Origin: Bugula neritina
Lineage: Eukaryota; Animalia; Bryozoa
Length of the DNA: 30,618 nucleotides
Direction of reading: 5' to 3'
NCBI GenBank assembly: GCA_964035545.1
Contig: CAXIUT010000301.1
Location: 1-30,618 of the forward strand
Shown: positions 1 to 9,879 of the stretch, piece after piece
Numbering within the stretch: position 1 is the first letter of the stretch
How the letters are laid out: each line of letters starts with the position of its first letter
Made by a program: the position numbers and the translations under genes
Notes under the pieces: generated by a model
Databases searched by the model: none
Seen by the model: only the letters and a program-made list of their open reading frames with translations
What the model was told of the DNA's origin: nothing

Positions 1-74
1 CCCAACCCCAACCCCAACCCCAACCCCAACCCCAACCCCAACCCCAACCCAACCCCAACCCCAACCCCAACCCC
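1..74 (+). repeat. Left telomere, (CCCCAA)n
   Basis: Tandem CCCCAA from base 1, with one CCCAA variant near 48-52. Same repeat as Tetrahymena-type ciliate telomeres. Confidence 0.98.
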
Positions 75-221
75 ATGAATGATAGTCATAGAGAGATCTA
101 GTTAAGTTAAGAAATAAGACTAGATTGAATGATACTGATACTATTGTATTCTGATTATATTCCTCAGTTTATGATATTGTGTTGATTAATATTAATTTAC
201 TTAAAAGATAAGTATTTTTCA

Positions 222-954
222 ATGAAGATTATTTGGATCATTTTCGGTCTGTTGCTTGTCAACACCCTTGGACAAACCTGTATTTGGGTTTTTATGTAGA
301 TGATGCTGTTTTAGCTTTGAGCTGGCCTGCTGGACACTGCTAGTATCTTTCGAACAGAAGAAGATCTTGTGATTCTAATCTTTTAAAACCATGGAACAGG
401 TCTATTTGTCATTATTCAGAAGAAGCTTTACCATTCATGGACTATGGCCTTCATACAAAACTCATAAAAAATATGGATCATTTGATGTTCAAGCCGTTTC
501 AGGCATTAGAAGAGAATTAGATCTATACTGGCCTCCAAGAGCTGAACGCAGCAATCGTCCCTACTTCTTATGGGTGCATGAATGGGAAAAACACGGATAT
601 GACTTCGCCAACATTTATCTTCGTCTTAGCGGTAAAAGATATAGCGGAACAAGTGGAAACCTTTAACTACAGAGAATCTACTTCTAAAAAACTCTTCAAT
701 TCTACAAAACCCTTGGCAGTGTCAGACAATTACCCCATAAACCTAAAAACGTTAGTGAATTGGCAGGTTACTTAAAGATATCAACTCGAGCAATGTATAC
801 CCGATGCAATCCTTCAGGATACCTTCAAGAGATTAGAATTTGCACCAAAATTCAAAGAGATAAATCAAACAGAGTTGTAATAAAAGTTACTAATTGTCGC
901 AGAACTTCAAGTAACTGTGGATCTTCTAATCTTAAATTGGGAACAATAAGATGA
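222..954 (+). CDS. Secreted ribonuclease T2 family protein (introns 280-299, 400-419)
   Basis: Hydrophobic signal peptide MKIIWIIFGLLLVNTLG, then YDAVLALSWP, CAS I FTIHGLWP, CAS II LWVHEWEKHG and YLQEIRIC. The frame is continuous after removing two 20-nt introns and reading TAA/TAG as Glu. Ends in TGA. Confidence 0.93.
280..299 (+). other. 20-nt spliceosomal intron
   Basis: gtatttgggtttttatgtag; removal joins the signal peptide to the RNase T2 frame. Confidence 0.88.
400..419 (+). other. 20-nt spliceosomal intron
   Basis: gtctatttgtcattattcag; removal restores the frame into FTIHGLWP. Confidence 0.88.
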
Positions 955-1025
955 TGATGCAATCAATAAATACAATTAAAAGTAGAAACTAGTAATATTA
1001 TGAATAAAAAAGAGGTTTGTAAAAA

Positions 1026-2978
1026 TCATTTCTTTTTTGGACTGTATTAACTATTTGGCATCAATTGACCAAGATTTTCCCACATGTTTTGAGAATCAGG
1101 ATATCCATCAACAGGATAACTTTTATCCTCAGGCTTTTTATCAATAATTTGATCAATTGTGAGTTTAAAAGTATCATTTAGTAGTCTAGGAATCAATTGT
1201 TTTAATATTGGACTCGAACACTACAAACAAGGGTTTTAATTTACTTATATTAACCATACTTTTAACTAACAATCAATTATAAAATCTAACCCAAACAACT
1301 CAAAACAATGCTTACGTTGATTACTATTAATTTTCTTTTTTACAGAACTAAATGCCATATAAGAGATCTATTTTATTCTATTCCAGATGTTATTAGTCTC
1401 TTCTTAAGATACAAAATCTTTTAAACACCAAAAAGGAAGTTGATTTCCATTTTAAAATTGTCCATAGTTCTAAGAATGCTTCTGAATTGCATTGTTTGTC
1501 AAATGAATAAAGTAATTTCCAATGTTCTAAGTTGAAAAAGTTTAAGCTGAAGTTCTAATATAACCTTCTTTGAAAAAATAGACATGAAGATCTTCAGTGA
1601 GAAGAGCCCAAACTCGAATATCGAATTTACGTTCATGAATGAGAAAAGGCTTTTCAACATACTTTTGAATAACAAAAGAACATGTGTTTAACTTGATTTT
1701 TTAACTTGCAATTTTTGATTATGGAACTGTTGCTCCTCCAATCTAGACTTCTACATGCTATTTACTTGTTATATCTTTACTAATTGACAATTTTTGTTCA
1801 GGTTCTTTTTATTTTGGATCAATCCTCTCAATAGTTTTATCATGCATTTTCTAATTCTTCTCATTTTTATCAGAAGTTTTTTATTTAATCTTTTTCCGAT
1901 TCATAGCTGCTAGATAATCCAAAAGGATTTTCTCTAACTCCTCAAGAGAGTCAAATATCTATATTCCTCTACCTCTATTGAGTCCGGTAGGTTTAAGTAA
2001 CCACATATAGCTATTTTCTGAATAATAAGTATGATGATTCAAAGGTTTGCTCAGAAGGTTGACTTTCTTCTTGATATCTGAATTTTGCCAAGCCATATAT
2101 TGTTGAAATTTGTTAGTGAAGAAAGTAGGCCAAATATTTTTCTTTGGACTTTTTCTAGGATCGTTTTTTTGAAAGAAACTTATAAATTGTTTGAAATTAT
2201 ACTAACAGTATTAGTCATCAAAATCAATAGTAAAAGTAATAGGAGTAATATTGAAAACCTACATTTTTTTTGTTTAACAATATATTTGTAAGTTTTTTAT
2301 AAGTTGATCTTTTGTACTTATTTCTTCACTAAATTAAAAATGATTAATGATTCTCTTCTTTGTAAAAGACCACATCTTTTTATAATTATGTCTATCCTTG
2401 AAAAAAACCCATTTGAAGTTAGGAACTCCTTCACCAGATTTCACTTATTTCCATATATTACGACTCAATAACACTTACCTCACAAGATCTTCGTTGTTAT
2501 TACCTCTCGCAAGAAGAAAAGAAGGTTCATTTAAGGCGGTTTTATTTATTTTGAGTTATTATGGACTTTATTCATTGTTTCTACGGCTGGTCAATCTAGA
2601 ACGACGTGAAAGACTCGTTGAATTCAAACGAATTTCTGTTTATTCCTACAATTGCTATCTATCATTATCAGTAATTTTTTTTATTGACTACTTCCGAATC
2701 TTAAAGTTATGAAGATTTACCTGCTGAGTAGGTCTTTTTTTTGAAACAAGCAGAGTAACTTGTTAAGGACTAGGAGGACATATCTTCTTACTAATAAGAA
2801 TATTAGAAAGAGGTTGATAATTATAAAGAAGACGACTATTCGGGTTGGCCAGTAACAGATCATCATTAAGCTTTTTCGATATAGTTGGAGAATATTTAAT
2901 CTAAGGGAGAACGTTCTTAATAATAGGTTTTTTCTTTGAGTTAGCAAAGATGCGACGGTCCTGAAAGAGGTCTATCAT
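1026..2978 (-). CDS. Tubulin-tyrosine ligase-like (TTLL) tubulin glycylase/glutamylase family protein
   Basis: Motifs INHFEFSEEISTKDQL, WLLKPTGLNRGRGI, FVIQKYVEKPFLIHERKFDIRVW, EGYIRTS, IHLTNNAIQK, FELFGLDF and WLIEVNENP. No intron needed. Start codon is tentative. Confidence 0.92.
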
Positions 2979-3140
2979 TACTATCTTTTATTATTGATTT
3001 TTTATTATTGGAATTAATACTCATACAACCAATCTTTCTATTTTAATCAAAATTACACTTATCAAAAGTAACTTAATCCTATATATCATATTATGATTAA
3101 ATAATGAATTATATTTTGATTAACTTGAATTAAGAAAAAA

Positions 3141-3953
3141 TCAATGTGCTCCTGAAATGAAGTTATCTTCTTCTGTATCATGTGCCTTTTCCCAAGGAAC
3201 AACCCAATTGCCTTATGGTATATATATCTCTTATTTGATCTTTCTTCGAGGTATAGGACTAGAAGTATGTTCATGAGGTACTACACTTCTCTTTTTATAT
3301 CTAGTTTTGATAAAATTGTTTACAAAAAAAGTAGTTCGATCTTTTGTATCTGGCTTTATCTTATAAACAACTTATTCTTCATTGCTTTATGGATTTAAAA
3401 GAACTTTTGATGGTTGTTTTTCATTTCTAGTCAAAGACTCAGATTTATTAACTTTATTTCTATTGACAATTAATCCTACTCTTTTATTGAATGATTATAA
3501 CTGAGTTGTAAAACTAGGAGATAATATCTATGACTCCAAGTAGTTTCCCCAAACGCTACTAAACTAAAATTTATCAGCCCACTCTTTCTTATGAAAATGA
3601 TCTTGAAGCATATGATTATTGATGACATTTGAACGTTTTTGTTTTTTAGATGTTTGATTGAATAATTTTTTAACATTAAAAGAGGGTAGTTTAGCCTTTT
3701 CAAGCAACTATTTTTGTTCTTTCATTTTATTATAATGTGTTTTATCAAGAGAAAATACTCCTCCTGTTTACTTATGCGAAAAAGACTGAGATACAGATGT
3801 TACAGCTTTCTGAGGCTCAACAGAAAAGATAATAGGCTTTTTGGGGATACTATGAGTATGATGGAGATATTGAGAAGGATTAAAACGAGATAGTTATGTT
3901 GAATGAGAAGAATGGTAACAAGAATGACTCGGGTTGAGTTTATTATTTCGCAT
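3141..3953 (-). CDS. Hypothetical protein (~270 aa, basic, low complexity)
   Basis: ATG-to-TGA frame open under TAR=Glu and fills the gap between neighbours. No recognisable domain. Confidence 0.65.
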
Positions 3954-4009
3954 ATTATTTATTTATATTGATGGTATTGATACAAAAATAAATTAGATCA
4001 AATAATCAT

Positions 4010-7000
4010 TCATTTTTGAATAAACAACTGATTATACATTCTGTACATATCAGCTTGTTGTTTCACTTGCCACATATCTTTAGAATAAAAATAGTACTCT
4101 TTATCATCCTCGATTATTAGCTCAAATCCATTGATATTTACCTACAAATTCTTAGATTCCCACTTAAATTCAAAAACTAGGTTGCTATTATCTCTAATTT
4201 TAATACTATAACAGTCACAACCTATCTTGACTTTGATACCATCAGGTCTTAACTAAGCATCATAGAAGTAACAACTTCCTGAAGGATTGCTTGATACTGA
4301 ATATATAATTTTTTATGCAAGCTGATTAGGATGTTTGATACTTTAGTCTTTTTTAATTTTTTATATTTCTTCATAAAGAGCATTAATTATTTTTTATCGC
4401 ATACGACCAGGAAGTATTCTATCAAGTTCTTCTGTTCTTTTTTTAATCAAATAGTATGTAAGTGTATCTAATTCAATAAAATGTTTAAAACAATAATACC
4501 AAGCATAAACTTGACTATAATGTCTAAGATCTTTCAAATATATCTATCCATGTTTGATTCTATAGATATATTATTCAACTTTGAGATGAAGTTTCCTTTC
4601 TTATCCTTTAATTTATTAAAAATTTTAAAAATGCCATATTTTTCTGAGATAAAGATATATTTTATAAGGTTCTTTTTTGAAAAAACTACTAAAGAAACCT
4701 TACTCTTTAGGAGGAGCAACTAGTACCTTCCCTAATGTCTCATCATCAGAAAGAACATATGTATTTTTATGAACAACTGCAACTATAGTATAATCTTATA
4801 AATTAGACCTCATACGCTAATTAATATAGCTTCGAATCTGTCGAACTTTTTATGATAAGTTAAACTATATTTCAATGCCTTCAGAAGAATTATTAACATT
4901 ACAAAAAAATATTTTATATGACATCCTCATTGATGCAGGTTTAGGATGGGTAAAAATAAAATTAATCCATCCAAATCTTCTTTTCAACCATTCTAACTTA
5001 TTTTATAAATTTTATTTAGCCATATTGTAAACTGATACTCCCTGAACAGCTTGGCCCATCTTGATAGTCCTTCTATCACAAAAGTAAACCCTCTTAATTT
5101 CACTTTGAAATATTTTAACTCTTGAGGCTTCATTTTTAGAAAAGAATCTCTATCTCTGGTCTTTGTAGTAATCTGCAAATAATTTATATGTTGGCTTCTC
5201 AACACATAACTGACAAGCATTGATCATACATGTGTTAGGTAGGCGTAAATACTACCATAAAGGATCACACATACCTAATAAATGAGAATAAATATCTAAT
5301 CTTTTAGAGATAGATTTACTCCTGAAAAGACTATTCAATAATAGCTGAATAAAAATACCTTTTATCTAGAATTGCATATCTCGATTATTCTACATCTATT
5401 TTGTTGATATTCCCTTAACAGCTGAGTTCAAAGAACGAAATTGAAAATCAGGATATAAATATTTTGTCATCAACTAAAGTTAATATAGTTTTTAAAAGCA
5501 ACTAATGATGTTTGACTTGGAGGAGTTATATCGTTAATTTTAGATGAAGAAGCATGAAATTTCAACACAAAATAAGCTTCTTATTAATCTTACTGAAAAC
5601 ATCTTTCATCATTACCTATTATAGAAATAATCATTGGTCTTTTTAGCTGAGGTTTTAAATGCACATAACTCTCTCTTTACGAAACCAATGAATCTCTACT
5701 ATTTCTAGTCATCCTTTCCATCTTTTCTTATCGATTCATTTCATTAATTTTGATATCTAAAATAACTCTCGAAATGTTTTAGTAAAATTAAGTACATGAA
5801 AACTTATCAAGAAAGGATATATGAACACAATGCCTTCGTCCAAAAATATAAATTCTATTGATAAAGTAATGACCATCAGATGGTCTTTATATCTAACTCC
5901 ATCTATCCAAGTATATTCTCACTGGCGCTCTTTCTCTATTATCTCCTTTAAAAGCAACTAAAAGAAGATCAGAAAATAAATATAAATCCACTAACATGTC
6001 GATATTAACTCCTTCAAATTGACCTATATATGATCGAGCTCCTCCTTCGATTATACGACCGAATTATGCGTCTAGTTGAATCATTTTTTCATTTTTATCT
6101 TTGTTTTCAAGTGCTATGTTATTCTGTTCATTGACCAAATGATAACATTCAATAGCTTCATGTAAATAATGTTGATCAGGATGATTTTTTGGTGCCTTTG
6201 AGGTGTAATCTCTAAGAATTAAATGATATTTCAAAGGTCTTTGAAAAGGTTTACTCATCATATCCTCAATTGTTATTATTCTTCCTTAAGAACTAAGACT
6301 CTTTTGAATTTATCTCGCCTTTTAACTTGTTTTTAATAAATTTCTCAATGTCTTTTGAGTTCCACTCAAATTTTTAAAATAGTCTGAATAAACAAGTAAA
6401 AATTTAGCATACTTTTTCATTGTTTATCCAATTAGAGTAGTATGTCTATTCCAGTGTTTAAACTTACCTTCTAATTATTCTTTAAGCTGCATCGATAGTC
6501 CGATCATAGACTAAATAGAAGAGAACATATTTTTTTCTTCGTTTTAACTGATTAGTGATTCCTATCGGAGAGGTTTTTGTATCTTTTATTTAATAGTTAT
6601 AAGATCTTCAAGATAATCCTGTTCAGTATTAACTAATTATCTAAAGCGATAGAACCTGTTTTTACTTTTGCCTGATAGTTTATTCCATCTGGCAATAGCG
6701 TTTCCAGTTTTTATTTATAATTTAAGCCATTTGGCGATAGTTCCTCTGGAATGTCTTGGAGAGTTTTATTGTTATCTTAAAGTTGAGCGCATATAATCAA
6801 TTGAATAATAGGCTACTGACGACATAAATGAAATTAAATATTTAAAGACAAAACTAACATCATGTTTAATACTCACTTCCTCATCATCTATAACTTTTTT
6901 ATTAAATTTGAACCAATTAAACTTTGTTTATTCTTTGAAAGTATTAAATAGAATAGAAAAAATAGTAAAAATAAACTATCATTACTGACAAAGAGTTACT

Positions 7001-7191
7001 TCTTCAGATAGACTTTGAAACTCAGTCTAATATTCTTAAATTTAAGTAGAATTCATTTTATTCCCAATATTTTAATAGGAAGGAATAGATGGGGTTTTTC
7101 TCTTTTATCTAAAGATAACTTTTTTGAGATCTTGAAGTAATAGTGGATATTTGTGACTTTTGTATGCTACTACGACACATTTTTTTGCCAT
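4010..7191 (-). CDS. RhoGEF (DH-PH) protein with long C-terminal extension (possibly PX/FERM-like)
   Basis: DH motifs FRELVNTEQDYLEDL and KPFQRPLKYHLILRD...HPD; PH-like LYLFSDLLLVA. Needs an intron over the TGA near 6980 (24-nt candidate 6976-6999) and one frame switch near 5470-5600. Confidence 0.8.
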
Positions 7192-7499
7192 TTACTTAAT
7201 GATTATAATATGAGAAAAATATAAATTGATAAAACATAGTTATTTAAGTAAAATAATTCTAAGTTCATCCTTCTTCTGTCCCTTAAAAATCTAATAGTTT
7301 TATCAATTTTAGACGATTTAAGACAATAATTTTTTTTGATAACTCTAAGATTGTAAATCAAGAAATTAGTAAAAATATTTTACTATTAATAAATAGTCTA
7401 ATTTCTCTAATATTTAATAAATTGATAAAAAATCGGAAGCAGAAGATTATTAAATAGAATTTTTATTATATATTTACATCGAAACAAAAATCTTCTATA

Positions 7500-8035
7500 A
7501 TGTTTGTTCCTAAACATAAAGAAGTCTGGAATATTTAGAAAGCTCATATAATAACTCCTCGTAGATAATATAATCATAACAGAAACAAGAGTCTTCCTCT
7601 TATGAAAGAAAAAAGTCTATAGTCCAAAGGAAAATAACATGGAAAACTCATGTATAATAAATGGTATATAAAACCAGAACAAAGAATGAAAAGAGAACAC
7701 TATCTATCAGAATAAACCGAACTCATCAGTCCAAGTAAATTTTATTGAAGTTAGATTAAAACTATATCTATGAAGGACTGTATAATCATCATTAAAAGCC
7801 ACGCATGCCTTTCAGAAAATTAAAAACATAAGTCAATAGACAAAGCTGTGTTGATCAAATATGTGGAGATACGCTCAATTTAAAAATATTAGCTAAGTAT
7901 AAGAAGTAAATCTTTAGTAACATAGAAAAAAAGAAGCGAAAAGCAAAAGAACTCCAGGTGTAATTGATTTCATTATTCGACATAGTTAAATAGAAGAAGA
8001 AAAAAGAAGAAAATAAGTTTGTAAAAGAAAAATGA
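7500..8035 (+). CDS. Hypothetical protein (intron 7735-7754)
   Basis: MFVPKHKEVW...KLMYNKWYIKPEQR. Removing the 20-nt intron avoids a TGA and opens the frame to TGA at 8033. Confidence 0.68.
7735..7754 (+). other. 20-nt spliceosomal intron
   Basis: gtaaattttattgaagttag. Confidence 0.75.
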
Positions 8036-8135
8036 CTAAGTTTTGATATAAAATTTGATGTATTTCATTGTGATTTCATAATTTATTACCTACCTTATTT
8101 ATACCTAACTTACATGAATGATATATTCATTAGAT

Positions 8136-9751
8136 ATGCGAAACATAGCAAGCAAAGTCATTTCTTTTACAGGAATGGTCCAACGTAGTAGATTTGCCTT
8201 TAGCTAATTCAGCAAATTCCCCTTCTTAGCTGAACTGGGACTAGCTGCAGAGAATAAAGGTGCTTTCTACAATGGAGAATGGCAAGTAACTGATAGCACT
8301 TCAAACTTTACTTCAATCAATCCAGCTTCTGAAGAGTTAATCGCCACAACCAAATGTGCCTCACTCAAAGATTATGAAAAAACTATTTCAGCTATGCAAG
8401 TTGCTAATAAATAATGGAGATCTATGACTATGCCTGCAAGAGGATAAATAGTTAGACAAATTGGAGAAGCTTTCAGAGAAAAGAAAGATGCTTTGGGAGC
8501 AGTCATCTCTTTAGAAATGGGAAAGATTACCTCTGAAGGGTTAGGAGAAGTGCAGGAAACCATTGATATCTGTGATATGGCATGTGGACTATCAAGAACT
8601 ATAGGGTAAATCTTTGCTAATTTAGAGGTCAAGTTTTCAATTCTGAGAGACCTTAACATTTCATGATGGAAGTATGGAATCCATTAGGAACAGTTGGTGT
8701 TATTTCAGCTTTTAACTTCCCCAATGCTGTCTTTGGATGGAATCTTGCTATTGCTCTGATTTGTGGAAATACAGTAACATGGAAAGGAGCCCCTACTTCA
8801 TCTTTGGCCACTATCTCAACTGCTAAAATTATTGCAGATGTTCTCAAAAAGAATAAAATAAATCCTAATGTTTTTACAGTCCTTCATGGAGGAGCTGATA
8901 TTGGAGAAGCATTAACAAAAGACCCAAGAGTCCCTCTCCTCTCATTCACAGGCTCAAGCAAAGTCGGAGCAATTGTTCGAGGATAAGTTGAAAAAAGATT
9001 TGGAAAAACTTTACTTGAACTTGGAGGTAATAATGCATGTGTCATTATGGATGATGCTGATCTCGATATGGCTCTTAAAGCTTGTTTATTCAGTGCAGTT
9101 GGAACTGCAGGTCAAAGATGTACTTCTCTTCGAAGACTCTACATCCATGAAAGTATCTATGATGGATTCGTTGCAAAACTTGTTAAAGCATACAAATCTG
9201 TTCCAATTGGAGATCCTTTGGAAGGAAAAACTCTACTTGGACCTCTCAATAATCCAAATCAACTTAATTTGTTCCTTAATACAGTTGAAAAAACCCAAAA
9301 ATAAGGAGGAAAGTTGTTGACTGGAGGCAAAAGAGTTGATAGAAAGGGATACTTTGTCGAACCAACTATCATTGAAGCTCCTCAAAATGCTCCATTCTTA
9401 CAAGAAGAGTATTTTGTTCCTATCCTATTTACACAAAAATTCAAAACTCTTGATGAAGCAATAGCAATGAACAACAATACTAGATATGGATTGAGCAGTA
9501 GTTTGTTCACTAGAAGTGTTGGAAACGCCTACAAATGGACTGGACCCAACGGATCTGACTGTGGCATTTGTAACGTTAACATTGGACCTTCTGGAGCTGA
9601 AATTGGAGGAGCTTTTGGAGGATAAAAGTACACTGGAGGAGGAAGAGAAGCAGGATCTGATAGTTGGAAGCAATACATGAGAAGATCAACTTGCACTATC
9701 AACCATGGAGATAGTCTACCTTTGGCTCAAGGAGTTAATTTTGATGTATGA
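8136..9751 (+). CDS. ALDH7A1: Aldehyde dehydrogenase family 7 (antiquitin / alpha-aminoadipic semialdehyde dehydrogenase), likely mitochondrial presequence
   Basis: [86 protein letters not shown] and LPLAQGVNF. One 20-nt intron at 8606-8625. Confidence 0.96.
8606..8625 (+). other. 20-nt spliceosomal intron
   Basis: gtaaatctttgctaatttag; removal gives [17 protein letters not shown], colinear with the ALDH7 family. Confidence 0.93.
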
Positions 9752-9808
9752 GATCAATTAAACAAATATTGAATCCTTAAATATTATAAATTTGAAAATA
9801 ATAAACGA

Positions 9809-9879
9809 GGGGTTGGGGTTGGGGTTGGGGTTGGGGTTGGGGTTGGGGTTGGGGTTGGGGTTGGGGTTGGGGTTGGGTT
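9809..9879 (+). repeat. Internal telomeric tract (GGGGTT)11 + GGGTT
   Basis: 71 nt of G4T2, oriented like a right-hand telomere, 57 nt after the ALDH7 stop. Confidence 0.97.

Noticed and set aside
46-52. CCCAA/GGGTT variant repeats as evidence of a mixed telomerase template
   Set aside because: There are only two instances, both one-base homopolymer shortenings, consistent with sequencing error.
1026-1060. Context-dependent (ambiguous) stop codons as in Condylostoma or Blastocrithidia
   Set aside because: All closed genes end in TGA, TAA/TAG occur within about 7-11 codons of the stop in several genes, and Trp is TGG. Internal in-frame TGAs fall inside plausible GT-AG introns.
400-8625. Euplotes-type programmed ribosomal frameshifting, or pseudogenes, to explain frame breaks
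   Set aside because: Nearly every frame break coincides with an excisable GT-AG segment whose removal restores colinearity with the protein family. Only 5470-5620 remains unresolved.
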